From: Spirogloea muscicola
Taxonomy: Eukaryota
Assembly (NCBI GenBank): GCA_009602725.1
Contig: WELB01000015.1
Location: 1,143,073 to 1,200,488 of the forward strand
Length of the DNA: 57,416 bases
Reading direction: 5' to 3'
Under the pieces are notes generated by a model that had not been told where the DNA came from, did no database searches, and saw nothing but the letters and a program-made list of their open reading frames with translations. This document shows, in pieces, positions 12,901 through 24,984 of the stretch. The first letter of the stretch is position 1. Every line of letters starts with the position of its first letter. The position numbers and the translations under genes were made by a program.

Positions 12901-13544
12901 CGGCAGGCTGTTGGGGACCCACGATGGCGGCTGCCGAGCCTTCCAGTCGACTGTTCTGAACAATGTCTAAAGTGAAGGCTGAGGAGGGAGGGAGGGGAGG
13001 GGCCCCACGTCGAAGCGGAGCTCGTAGACGCCGGAGGGATCAGTTGTTCTTTACAATGTCTGATTCCGGAGGCTGAGGAGGGAGGGAGGTGAGGGACCCC
13101 ACATTGAAGAGGAGCTCACAGACTCAGTTGTTCCATACAATGGTCAACTTCGACGGCTGAGGAGGGAGGGAGGTGAGGGGCCCCACGGCGACGCGGAGCT
13201 CGTAGACGCCGCAGGCATCAGTCGTTCTATCCATTGTCAGATCTCGGAGGCTGAGGAGGGAGGGAGAGAGGGAGGTGAGAGGCCCCACGTCGAAGAGGAG
13301 CTCGTAGACGCCGGCCGGCGTGAAGCCCTCCGTGGCGTTGCCCTCCTGCTGCGGGCTGCAGGCCGCTGCCACCGCCGCGACGGCGTCGTCGTCTGCGGCG
13401 GGCCCCGGGAGGCCAGCGCGGCGCAGCGACGGCGGCAGCAGNCCCCACTGCGACAGCAGCACGCCGGCGAGCTCTGTGTTGGCTGTCAGCTCTCTGCAGA
13501 GAGGAGCCGTCGGCAACCCCATCAGCTCCTGCTACCTTACTCAT
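9920..13544 (-). CDS. Ig/filamin-like + SGNH (TBL/PC-esterase, NXPE-like) putative O-acyltransferase/esterase, copy 1
   Basis: GDS motif (IVVVGDSVAMQ, ~11390), DxxH motif (HSDQTHPC, ~9990) and a filamin-like strand YIASFRPVEPGLHR-VHVRLEY..ESPFLV. Putative type-II N-terminus MSKVAG..RARRRAAVAVG, interrupted by an N at 13442, so the start is tentative. Confidence 0.75.
12950..13315 (-). repeat. Four ~90-bp tandem units, each spanning exon end + intron + next exon start
   Basis: Unit (minus strand) GGCGTCTACGAGCTCC..TTCGAC|GTGGGGCC..CCTCCCTCCCTCCTCAGCC..|ACATTGT..AGAACA repeated four times with divergence. Confidence 0.85.
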
Positions 13545-14072
13545 ATTCGATTCTACTTCAGAGTCTCATCTAAGTGCCTCAATCGCCAGCTCCACGTTCC
13601 TCTCTCCCTCTCTCTCCCTCTCTCCCTCTCTCCCTCTCTCCCTCCTCTCCCTCTCTTAAGTTCTCCTACTTCTCTACCTTCCTTTAAGCGCAGCATCTCC
13701 AAAGCCCAAACCCCCCCCCCCCCTTTCCCCCCTCCTCCTCCCCTCCCCTCCTTCCCCCCCCCCTCTCCACCAAGTACCAGCTGGGCGCTCCCCACCTCCG
13801 CCCTCCCTCCTCCCTCCCTCCTCCCCCGCCGCTAACGTCTGCGCCCCTTGCGCTCAGCCTTGAGGCTTGGACGGCGGCCAAGCTGCGGCAGCCGGCCTCC
13901 GGCTTGCGAACGGCTTCTGCGGAGGCCCCGCCTTCAGCTTCACCGGCAGCAGCAGCAGCGGCAGTGGCAGCAGCAGCAGAGCTCGGAGGGCCCCGCCTTC
14001 TGCTTCACAGGCCCCCATCACTCAGTACACACTCCATTCTTTGGTAGCAGCGGCAGAGACGGCGGCGGCGCA

Positions 14073-15787
14073 ATGGGCGCCGGGGAGGCAGCAGCAAGCG
14101 GGGAGTCGCTGGATGCCGGCGCGTACCGGCGGCTGTACCCCGAGGATTTCTTCGAGCGCTTCGCTGCGGAAGGAGTTCGCCCCTCTGGCCGCCCGCTCGC
14201 CGCCGCGCGGCCTGCCTCCATTGGCCTTGGTACGCCACCGCCGCCGCTGCTGCTACGTCCGCTGCTGCTGCTCCTCCCGGCTATGGACACCCGAAGCTGC
14301 CGCTGCCGCCGTTGTCATAGTCGATGTGGGGTTCCGCTTCTGCAGGCGCAGTGCCGACCGCGGATGGCTCCGCGCTCGCCAAGATCGGCAACACGGTCCG
14401 CCTCCTCCTCCTCCGCCGCCGCCTCTGCCAGCGCCGCCGCCGTCGTCGGCTGTGCCGCACCCTGAAGCTGGCGGAGGCGCTGGCGGCCAGGCAATGCTGG
14501 CCGGCGTGAAGCTGGAGGCCGGCGCGCCGCCCGCAGACGCCCCCGACCGCGGCTCGCTTGGTGATCACTGCCGTCGCCTCTTGCGCCGCTTCCCTGCATC
14601 CTCCCTCCTCCCTCCCTCCTCATCCACTTGAACGCAGAGGCACCTTCATTAGTATTCCTTTTGACTGATGTTACCTTTGCAGTTGTGGGCTTCGAGATGC
14701 CGCCGCTGTGCACCCCGGCGGCGCGCCCTGGCCGGCCGCCCGATGCTGCTCCGGCCGTCGTCGAGCAGCTTGCCCGCGCCCTTGCCGGGTGAGCAACGCC
14801 GCCGCCACCCCTGCTGCTGCTGCTGCTGCGGTCGCCACTTCGCGGGCAGCGGCAGTGGCAAGTTGCCAGCTCGGGGGCGGCCGCTGAGCTGCAATGTGTG
14901 GCGAGGCAACAGTGCTAAGGCCGTGGACCTGCGAGAGCTCTGCATCGCACCTGGCCGCGCGGCGTGGACCGCTTATGTGGTCAGCATCATGACAAACACC
15001 GCAGCCGCCGCTGCCGCCATCGCCGCTGCTGCCACCAGCTCCAGGCCAGCACATTGACTGCTGGCAAGACGATTGCGTGACGCAGGACGTGTACTGCCTT
15101 GACGCCGATGGCGCACTGCTCGACACGGCGCTGCTGGCAGCAACTGCCGCACTTGCGGACTGTGAGCCCTGCTGCTGCTGCAGCCGTCGTTTCGGCCGCA
15201 AGGCCGGTTCGGTGCTGGCTTCACAGGCCGCTGCGCTCAATAGGCTGCTCAGTCACCTGCGGCGGCTTTGTTGGCAGTGGAGCTGCCGGAGGTGTCCGTT
15301 GACGAAGATGGGCGCGTGGTACCGGCGCACCGCAGCCGCGGTGGAGCAACGGCAGTGGACGGCGCGCCGCCACGACGGCGGCTGACGCTTGGAGAGGCCC
15401 CGGCAGCGCTGACCCTGGGCGTTTTCCGGGGGCGCCTTGTTGCTGACCCGTCGGCGGAAGAGTCGGCAGTCATGGACGCCACCGTGACAGTCGCCCTCGG
15501 CTGCAGTGGGCGCCTGCTGTCGGTCTACAAGCTCGGCGGCGCCGCCGACCTCAATACTGCCGTCTTCAAGGTGCAGGCAGCAGCCTCCACACGTAGTGGA
15601 GGGCGACGGCCTGACTCTAACGCTAGTGTACTCACGGTTACTTAAGCTGATTAAGTGCACATGTGCACATGATCTGCAGGAGTGCATCGAGATGGCCTGC
15701 AGTCGTGCAGCCGAGCTCCGCACTGTGCTGCAGGACACAGTGGCCGAGGTTGTCACCGCCAAGGACGTAGACATGCTCACTGCCTGA
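14073..15787 (+). CDS. RRP43: Exosome complex component RRP43 (RNase PH family), multi-exon
   Basis: AYRRLYPEDFFERFAAEGVRPSGR; TADGSALAKIGNT; FEMPPLCTPAARPGRP; VDLRELCIAPGRAAW; DVYCLDADGALLDTALLAA. Closely resembles plant RRP43. Confidence 0.93.
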
Positions 15788-16449
15788 GTTCTCGATACAG
15801 CGGCCACTATGACTCGTGAGAGCAGGTTGCTTGTATCGACCACTTGTGAGGCAAGTGAGTGTGCTTTTACTCTTGCTTGTGCCACCATCAACAGGGAACA
15901 GTCTTCTATATTGTATCCTAACGAACAGTCTTCTGTGTTGTATCTTAGCTCTGCTAATATATTTGCCACAGCGTCTGCGTAATCTGCAACAAGTAGGCTG
16001 GTGCACCAATGTAATGTACGAGCAGTTCATGGTTCATGTCTAATACATGCCTACTTGCCAACATCAGCAGCAGTACATTCTAACTATACTCTGCAATAGA
16101 ACACCCCCTCTCTGCGATAAATGTTGGTCCAATTCACATGACCATAGGTCAGTGAGGCTCACTGCATATGTAATAATTGTGCCGGGTGGTTGTAAGGCAT
16201 CAACAGATACAAGGTGCAAATTGATTGTCAGCCCCAGGAAAATGGGTGAATGCAGAGTAACAGCAGGGACAAAGTTGCAGGAGACGTAAAGCCTAATGGT
16301 GGATCCTCGCTGCTAGCGTTTGTACAACAGTAACATACAAATCTTCTTGAGCAGTGAGCTGACATCAAAAATGGCTAGCTACAAGTGGCCTGCACTGGGG
16401 ACTTTCCAGTTTGCAATCCCACATTATCGCATCTGAAGCAGCGAGCAAA

Positions 16450-18667
16450 TCAAAGCTCCGACTTGCTGTAATCCTTGATGGCCTCGCCTGTGCGCCGGAT
16501 GGCCTCGCCAGTGGCCTCGCCAGCGTGGCGGATATAGTCAGTGGCGCCGTCCGCAACCCGCGCTGCGCCTTCCTTGGTGCCCTTGTACGCATCTGAGGCC
16601 TTGTCGCTGGCAGCCGCCGCCGTGTCCTTGGCTGCATCGGCGGTGGCCTGCGCCGTGTCCGCAGCATACTGGCCCGTGGCTCCCGCAGCCCCGCGTGCAG
16701 CCTCATAGGCCTTGGCCGCCTGCTCTTGCGCCACCTCCGCCGCGCTCCCAGCTGTGCGAGCCGCAGCGTTGTAGGCCTGGCCAGTGGCCTCTTGGGCTGA
16801 GCCCACAATGTTGCCAGCCGCGTCATAAACCACCTCCGCACCGTCCTGGGCCTTGCGCTGCGCCGCCGCGGCGGCGTCGCTTGCGTACTGCGCCGTTCCA
16901 GACGCAGCCTGGGAAACCTTGTCCTGCGCTGTCTTTGCACCTGCCGGACATTGGACAATGCACAGCAAATATCAGCTCCTGGCCAGAAGCTGCAAGATGG
17001 CATCCAATCACTGGCACAGCAGTACATAGTTGACTAAGTTGAGGAGCTTTGACTCTAACGTACACTACGAGAGATATGACCGAAACTTATGTAAGGATCC
17101 TGAAATCTACAAATGTTCGCAGATCCACAATTCTGATCATCCTACTCAAGGTGATTGACTTTTTCCACTATTGACTCTTCGGAATGAATCTATCCTATTT
17201 AATGAGGTACTGACTTATGTGACCGGAGGATGAAGATGATAACCACGTATCTATCAGATATCCTGGAGGTCACAAGTGTGTGCAGGATGATTGTTGTCAC
17301 TACTTTGCAATTATTCAAGACGTACTGAAGTCTATCTCAAATTGATGTGTGTGTCATTTTTAGGAACCACGAAGACAAAGGAGGTGAACAATAGTACTCA
17401 CCTTCAGTCACGTATTCAGTTGCACTGCCAACGCCGTCCTTGGTAGCCTGGTGCGTGGCACCAGCATGATAGCCAGCCTTGTACGCCGTGGAGTAGGCGC
17501 CAGTCGTCGAGTCCCTGACGCGCTGGAAGGGCCTCGTTGCTGCCTCGGTCACTTCGTGAAGGCGCCCCTGGAAGTAGCGGATCCACGAGTTGCCGGCAGC
17601 CTCCGTGGCGCGCGCCTGGCCTTCGGCAGCGCGGTACGTCTCGCTGCCCTTGTCCTTGGCCCAGTCGGCTGCGTCCTGCGCCGTCTGCTTGCCCTGGTTG
17701 ACAGCGTCCTCGGTCGACCGCCGGCCCTGCTCAGCAGTGGCCTGTACATCATCGGCGGTCTCAGCTGCCTTGCCGGAGGCCCAGCCAGTCCAGGACCGGC
17801 CAGTGGCCTCGGCGTCGGCCTTCGCCTGGCGTGCCGCTCTCTCTGCCTCGGCGGTCTTCTCGTAGGTCTTGCCAGCCAGCCAGTCGGTCCAGGAAGCTGC
17901 AGCGGCGCGGCCCTCGCCGACCTTGTCTGATGCTGCGTCAACGGTGTCGTGCGCGGCCTGCTTAACATTGGAGCCGGCCTGGTTGATGGTGTCCGCCGCC
18001 TGCTCAGCTGAGCGGCTCTGGTACTCAGCGTAGCGCTGCGCCTCTGACTTCTTCAGCCGCACCGTCTCCAGGAGGTAGTCAGCCCAGGACCTGGCCGTCT
18101 GCGACGCAGCCCGCCAATTATCACATATAAGCTTAAGACATGCGCACGAGTGAATAATGACACACGCAGATACACACGTACAGAGCGCGAGAGAGTGAGA
18201 GACAGAGAGAGACAGAGAAGAAAATATATATACATATATATATATGTATTAATATATATGTGTATATATCTGGACATGTGTAATACAAATATGTATATCC
18301 CCCGTGTACTGCTAATACATACAAGTACATGTTTAAATATATACATATCCCTGTGTATTACAATTACTTCAGCTGCAATACGTAGTAGGGAGGGGGAGGG
18401 GTGAAATCTGAATGGTGCTTTGCCTGATAGACCGGGAGAGACAGTGTAAAGAGCGAGATATCAAGCACAAGAGGCGCAAATCACCTGGTCGGCCGTGCGC
18501 GTGGCGTCGTCGGCTCCGTACTTGACGGACTTGTAGGCCTCCTCGCCGGCCTTGTGCGCGTGCTCGAAGGCCTTGCCGGCGTGGGACTCGGCGGCAACCG
18601 ACAGCGCGAGGGCGGCGACCGCCAGCAGCAGCGCCGCCGCCAGCAGGGGCGCGCGCAACGCCGCCAT
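16450..18667 (-). CDS. Late embryogenesis abundant (LEA_4/group 3-like) protein with signal peptide and C-terminal KSEL
   Basis: Three exons (18485-18667, 17402-18098, 16450-16940). Hydrophobic N-terminus, then A/K/D/E/T/Q-rich amphipathic repeats (AADAAKDTAAAASDKASDAY); ends DYSKSEL*. Confidence 0.85.
18175..18355. repeat. (GA)n and degenerate (TA)n microsatellites in LEA intron 1
   Basis: GAGAGAGTGAGAGACAGAGAGA followed by ATATATATACATATATA... Confidence 0.85.
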
Positions 18668-18740
18668 GGCAACCGACGGCTGCAGAAGCGGGCACGACTC
18701 GGCAAAGCCCAGCAGCAACGGCGGCGACTGCGGCGGCGGC

Positions 18741-18775
<35 letters not shown>

Positions 18776-18807
18776 GGGAGGTGGAGTGTATGGGCTGTGG
18801 GGGAAGA

Positions 18808-19173
18808 GTAAGAAAGGGCTCGCCCATTGAGGACAAGCCAGCCCAAAAGAGAATGAACAAAGAACGAGAAGGGGGCCAGAGGAAGCCAGAGGAAGCGCTA
18901 AGAAACCAAAGCACACAAAGAAAGAAAGCAGCTACGAATCACTCGGTAACCCCTGCTAAGCAGCCGCAAATCAGAGAGGCTAGGGTCCTGGAAGTGGGTC
19001 CCTGGGTGGGAGATGGGGGCAGCAGCGAGGGCTCTCCCGGCACGAAGGTGCAGCGCACGGGCCATGGACCTCTGCAGCGAGACGGCCAAGCGCATGCGAT
19101 ACACTTGCGCCAGCGACCCGGCTGCAGGAAAGTCTACCGGTTCACCATGGAAGCGACGGGCGATTGCGTGGCG
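18808..19173 (-). mobile_element. CRE-like LINE 3' fragment immediately upstream of the LEA gene
   Basis: VYRMRLAVSLQRSMARALHLRAGRAL..SDLRLLSRGY plus a 3'UTR ending AATGGGCGAGCCCTTTCTT, about 140 bp from the LEA ATG. Runs into the gap. Confidence 0.85.
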
Positions 19174-19974
19174 NNNNNNNNNNNNNNNNNNNNNNNNNNN
19201 NNNNNNNNNNNNNNNNNNNNNNNNNNNNNNNNNNNNNNNNNNNNNNNNNNNNNNNNNNNNNNNNNNNNNNNNNNNNNNNNNNNNNNNNNNNNNNNNNNNN
19301 NNNNNNNNNNNNNNNNNNNNNNNNNNNNNNNNNNNNNNNNNNNNNNNNNNNNNNNNNNNNNNNNNNNNNNNNNNNNNNNNNNNNNNNNNNNNNNNNNNNN
19401 NNNNNNNNNNNNNNNNNNNNNNNNNNNNNNNNNNNNNNNNNNNNNNNNNNNNNNNNNNNNNNNNNNNNNNNNNNNNNNNNNNNNNNNNNNNNNNNNNNNN
19501 NNNNNNNNNNNNNNNNNNNNNNNNNNNNNNNNNNNNNNNNNNNNNNNNNNNNNNNNNNNNNNNNNNNNNNNNNNNNNNNNNNNNNNNNNNNNNNNNNNNN
19601 NNNNNNNNNNNNNNNNNNNNNNNNNNNNNNNNNNNNNNNNNNNNNNNNNNNNNNNNNNNNNNNNNNNNNNNNNNNNNNNNNNNNNNNNNNNNNNNNNNNN
19701 NNNNNNNNNNNNNNNNNNNNNNNNNNNNNNNNNNNNNNNNNNNNNNNNNNNNNNNNNNNNNNNNNNNNNNNNNNNNNNNNNNNNNNNNNNNNNNNNNNNN
19801 NNNNNNNNNNNNNNNNNNNNNNNNNNNNNNNNNNNNNNNNNNNNNNNNNNNNNNNNNNNNNNNNNNNNNNNNNNNNNNNNNNNNNNNNNNNNNNNNNNNN
19901 NNNNNNNNNNNNNNNNNNNNNNNNNNNNNNNNNNNNNNNNNNNNNNNNNNNNNNNNNNNNNNNNNNNNNNNNNN
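19174..19974. other. Assembly gap (further gaps: 24805-24897, 29292-29393, 44861-45137)
   Basis: Runs of N, mostly next to very GC-rich first exons. Confidence 1.
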
Positions 19975-21404
19975 CGGCCGCGCGCTGGTTGGCGACGGCG
20001 GTGAGCTCTGGGGCGCCTGGCGGCGCGGCGAGCTCCACGGCCCCGCCTTTTACGCCTACCCAGGCGGCGGCGACGGCAGCGGCGGCTGCCTGGTGGGCAC
20101 GTGGGCGAGCGGCCGCATGGCCGCCGCCGTCTACCGCCGTGGGTCCGACGTCCCGGCGGTCCGGAACGGCTGGCGTGCCGTCGTCCAGGAGCTCCATGGC
20201 GGCGGCGTCGGCTGTGCCGGCAGCGGCGGTGGCCTCCCGGCCTGGGCTGCCCCGAGGGCGGGCGAGGCTGTCTACGCCTTTGACGAGAGCAAGCACGGGG
20301 CCGCCGCAGCGTCCTCGGCGCCGCTGCTGCCGGACCCCTGGGAGGCCGAGCGCGTCGCTGTCGCGCCGTCCCCGATGCCCGGCGCCGGCGAGGGCCTCTT
20401 TGCGCGCGTCGCCCTCACCGCCGGCGACGTCGCTGCTTTCTACAAGTTGTGGCCGTCGTTCCTGCTTACCCTTGTTTCTGGTCAACAAAAGGTTTAGGAT
20501 TTAGGGGTTTAGGGGTTTAAGGGTTTAGAGTGCAGGTCAGAAGCAGTCTCATCCTTTCAGAGGGCGATGCACAGGTCCTGTCACATGCGTTACGGACTTT
20601 GGTGTCAGAATCTCAGAATCAGCTCCACCAGTCCTGAGAACATCTAGATGTCCAGCAGACCGGATTTCCCACTGTGCGATAGCATCGATGAGCGCCGCGT
20701 CGTTCCGGGCAAGCTCTGATGGGCTTGGTTTAGGGTTCAGGGTTTAGGGTTTAGGTTTTGTGTTCCTGTGATGAGCGAGGACAGATGTTGAGTGTGGCGA
20801 CCGCAAGCTGCTGTATCGACCTTAGATCTTACCTTGGGGAAGGCTTGCTGCCCCTGCAGTGGTGTGAGGCTGAGCCACGAGGCGGTGGATGCACGCGACT
20901 GGCGCCTCAACGCCAACACTATCAGCCTTGGTGAACAGACGCCACACCGCTCAGGCTTTGAGTCGTTAACATCTTTCTATGCCTTGTGATGATGCAACTG
21001 AAGTCTTCAGAGAACTTCATAGCGGAGGTGATCTCGAAACTGGGCTGCAGAACGTGGGCTTCAGGGCCTTTTCTAACTTTAAGTCCTGACCTTCCTAACC
21101 TTAGTATGTTCCTAACCTTAAGTGGCGGCGCGGCAGCGCAGATGCGGACACGGTCATCGACATTCCACCTGGGCTAGTGCCAGTGACAGCCTACTGCGCG
21201 AGCCTTGGGCACAAGGCCAACCACCACACACGGCCCAACGCGGAGTATGCGCCCTTCTGCCATCCGCGCTTTGGCGACATCAAGTGTGTGCGCACCACGC
21301 AGCTGATTGCACCTGGTGAGGAGATCACTGTGGACTACAGCTACGACCTCCTTGGCGCCGACGGTGTCCCTGAGTGGTACCGCGCTCTCTACCAGGTAAT
21401 ATAG
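19975..21404 (+). CDS. SETD7: SETD7/SET7-9-like protein lysine methyltransferase (MORN-like + SET), 5' end in gap
   Basis: Exons ..20445, 20860-20930 and 21142-21404 splice in frame: LLPDPWEAERVAVAPSPMPGAGEGLFAR..AFYNGVRLSHEAVDARDWRLNANTISLDADTVIDIP..YCASLGHKANH..FCHPRFGDIKCVRT..GEEITVDYSYD..PEWY. Confidence 0.9.
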
Positions 21405-21931
21405 TCATTTTTCTACAGCAAAGACCTGAGCCTGCTCATGCACACGTCTAAGTGTTGGTGACTTGCCTCCTACTTAGTCTGCTACTTAGATTGTTTCATT
21501 ATAACAGTGCCTCACCTTCTGGAACAAGTGGGATAAGTAGCACTTATGATGTTCCAAACACTGCGGTTCCATGTTGCTCTGGCCCTTAGCTGTCCACAAT
21601 TGCACGTTGAAGAGCTGGCAATCTCTTGCTGACTGCGTGAAGTGGGAGGCCTGCAGCATGCAGGAGATGGCGGCCCGGCCACTCCAGACGCCGCTGCCCT
21701 TGGCGCGGAGGCTGGCAGCTAACAGCAGTGCCGGCACCAGCATTGCAGCGTGACTACCAAGGCGAAGTACATCTGGGCTGCTGTGATCACACAGCCAATC
21801 CCTTCTCTGACAGGTGGCTCTCTTAGCGATAGTGCTCATGCCAGAGTTATTTGGCTGGAATTGTAGAATTGCCAACTACAATGATCAACTTGCCTACTAG
21901 ATCCAATAATTAGAAATGCCTGTTTTTCAGA

Positions 21932-24900
21932 TCATTGCATCTTATTGACTGGGTGCAGTGACTGGAGGGCCTGGAGGAGGCTGGCAAAGTCGGCGGGGAG
22001 CGGAGCCGAGAAGCCCAGCTCCTGCCCGCTCCAGGGGTGCACGAACCTGGTGCATGGCACGCCCCACTCAGCACTGAGCAGAACCGCGCTACTTAAACAC
22101 TTTCAGTTACTAACCAGGCTGCGGCAACTGACTCTGGTTATCATCAATCTATACTGCAAAACCTTTCCTAAGCCAAAGTATGCAACCCAGAGCAGCCATG
22201 ACATGTCTGAGAGGAGCTTACTGGAGTGATTGTGCGTGCAGGAAGGGCCTGGGGGCCTGCGCCACAAGCGCCCGGGCCTGTGGTTGGCAGGCGGGTGGCA
22301 ACTGGGCAGCTACCCTGGCCGCAATGGAGCTGCCAGTGCCGCCGTAGAGCTCGTCGCCGAGGATGGGCTGCCCGATGTGCTTGGCGTGGACCCTTATCTG
22401 CGCCGCAAGAGGTAGCTCGAGGTGCTCATTGTGAGTGCTAGGGCACGCTCAAAGTCCTGTAGCAGCAGGTTATAGAGTACTGGCAACAGCTAATGACAGC
22501 GATGGCCACGTCAATACATTGTGGTGGAAATTGAGCACTGAGCCTTGTGGCAGATGAGGTTGACATTTCTAAGGCTTTGCCCATGATATTGAGAGCTTTG
22601 CATGTATAAACAAGCTGCAATGCAGGTTGGGGCTCTTTGTGACCGCAACCTGGTGTGTTCGGCCAGTCTCCAACCGCCACTCGACAAGCGCCGAACCGCC
22701 ATTGCACAGCACCTCTATCACGCGGTACCTGGCAGTTTTCGGCCAGCCATTTACAGGCAACACAGCCTCTTATTAGTGAAACACTTAAGTAGATTGAAAG
22801 GCAGCAAAGAAGAGCACGCAAACCAAATGAGGGTGGTCGCCCAACCTGCTGGCAGCATGGCGCGCACGCATGTGCGGGCTAGCATCAAGGAGGACAGTCA
22901 TCTGCTTGCGGTTGTGTGGGTCACGGCCAACTGGCGCCACGATCCTGGCTGCCGGCAGGTTGGGCACGCCCACGGTGAGAGCAAGGTACGATCGCCGCAC
23001 GGTGCGCGCTTTGAATTGATCGCACAGCTGCGTGTGCGTGCGCTCATCCTGGCAAAGCATGGCCAAGGCACAAAGTGAGAGAAGAACAGTAGAAACTAGT
23101 AGACATCTTCAGCTCTTAGCTAAGGTCATCTATAAGCTAGAATCTAAGGAGTTGCCTCAATCAGATACTGATCGAGCAGGCACCTTTGCAACAACAAGGA
23201 GACCAGTTGTTCCCATGTCAAGGCGGTGCACAATGCCAGGGCGGACGTCCACAGCGCCAGGCAGCTGCTCGAGCAGGAACCCAGCACTGTCCTCGTCCTC
23301 CTCGTCGTCGTCATCCACGTCAAGCGCTTCTGTTGCACCGCCGTCGCGCCCGTCTCCAGCAGTAACTTGGGCGCTGGCTTCTTCGAGAAGGCCCGTCTGA
23401 GTGGTGGAGCCGCCCACAATGGTGGGGAGGCTGCAGTGCCCAAGCAGTGCATTGACGAGCGTCCCAGAGCGGTGCCCTGCCGCGGGATGTACGACCTGGA
23501 GTTCACATTCATGGCCCTTTCAAAGGCATGATTGAATACATATGTGTATGGCTACAACAACAGTTGGAGTGCACTATGTTCTACCGGCTGCGTATCTGCT
23601 CCTTGTATACGCCACAAGCCTGCACCAGATGCAGTGATCCTCAAAACCCTTGACCCTAAGCCCCTGGTACTTGTGCCCACAGCACCAGTCCCTGCGTTCA
23701 AGTATCAAGCCGCTTTTTGACCAATCTGCTGCTGCCATTTCTATGCACCGCGACTGGGCAGATTGCCCTTTCAAGCACAACTGCAGTGTCCAAATTGTGA
23801 TTCTACCAACAGCGCCAGGAGGAAGGAGACTAAGAGCCCGACAATGTGACTAATACTTGGCTTCTTATAAAGGTCATAAGCCCAGAGTGGATGTGACTCC
23901 AACCCCAATCCCTCGATGATCAGTCTCAAGTACGATTTGTACTTCTGAACGTGCTGAGAGCCCTACAAAGTAAGAGCCCGACTTTGCCTAACCCCCAGCC
24001 TCTTCATCAGTCATACACTAATGAGTGGAATCTTCTGAAACCCAAACCCTTGGCCCTTGATACACCCTTGATCTGTACTCGAGTCCAGATCTCTACTCGT
24101 AACTTGCTGAGAGCCCATAACAGGTCAAGTGGGCGAGCTTGTGTGCAGGAGATCATCTGTATGTTCACGGGCTGACAATACACCATAGGCCCTTGATTGG
24201 ATCCTGCACTAGTGGTACACAATCCTAGCCTTGAATGCTTGAAATTTTGACCTCTGGAGGGCAGGGGTTCAATTCTCACCATGTGGGCGGGCTTGTTGAC
24301 GACCAGCAGGTGCGCGTCTTCGAACACGATGTCGAGCGGGAGGTCCTCCGGCAGCGCCAGCAGCGGCGGCGGCGCCGCCAGCCGGCACGCCACGCGCTCG
24401 CCGGGCCGCACCGTGTACGACGCCTGTGCCAGCGCCGCCACTCGACACTTTCTCATTACCAAAAGACTAAGTCTTATTCAGTAGCATACTTATATAAATT
24501 GCTGTTGACATGAATCTCTTAGTGTGACCTGTCTAATATGCTGATGTGATGAGACTATTTGTGCGCCTCGACGCTTTCTCATTATCAAGTAGTAATATAT
24601 TTGGAACATTATCAAACTTATACTAATTGCTGTTGACGTGAATCTATTAGTGTGACCTGTCTATTAAGATGATATGATGAGGCTAATTGTGCGCCTTCAG
24701 TTACCTTGAGCTGGGGCGTGCCGTCCACGGAGACGAGGCCCTGCCGTATGGCGGCCTGCACCCGCGCGCGGCTGGCCGCGCCGCCGCCGCCGCCGCCGCC
24801 GCCGNNNNNNNNNNNNNNNNNNNNNNNNNNNNNNNNNNNNNNNNNNNNNNNNNNNNNNNNNNNNNNNNNNNNNNNNNNNNNNNNNNNNNNNNNNNNNCGA

Positions 24901-24984
24901 GCCATCACAGGTGGCCGTCGCCGCCGCCGCCACCGGGCGGCAGGCGGCCGCCGCGGCGGCCCTGGCAGCGGCCATGGCGGCCAT
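21932..24984 (-). CDS. RluA/RluD-family RNA pseudouridine synthase with S4 domain (probably organellar)
   Basis: SRARVQAAIRQGLVSVDG; LDIVFEDAHLLVVNKPAHMVVHPA; GTLVNALL; RPGIVHRLDMGTTGLLVVAK; LETGRTHQIRVH..ILGDELYG; LHAQSL..FVHP. Ala/Arg-rich transit-like N-terminus. Confidence 0.93.
24441..24696. repeat. Two ~126-bp AT-rich tandem copies filling an intron
   Basis: CTCGAC(A/G)CTTTCTCATTA..AATTGCTGTTGAC(A/G)TGAATCT(C/A)TTAGTGTGACCTGTCTA..TTGTGCGCCT at 24441 and 24567. Confidence 0.9.

Noticed and set aside
13900..13940. Possible LINE remnant (LANGFCGG resembles QANGFCGG at ~2745)
   Set aside because: Match is too short, with no flanking similarity or terminal motif.
18742..20504. Long 420-494 aa ORFs (also those across 44671-45736)
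   Set aside because: Artefacts of reading through N gaps that join LINE remnants to real exons.
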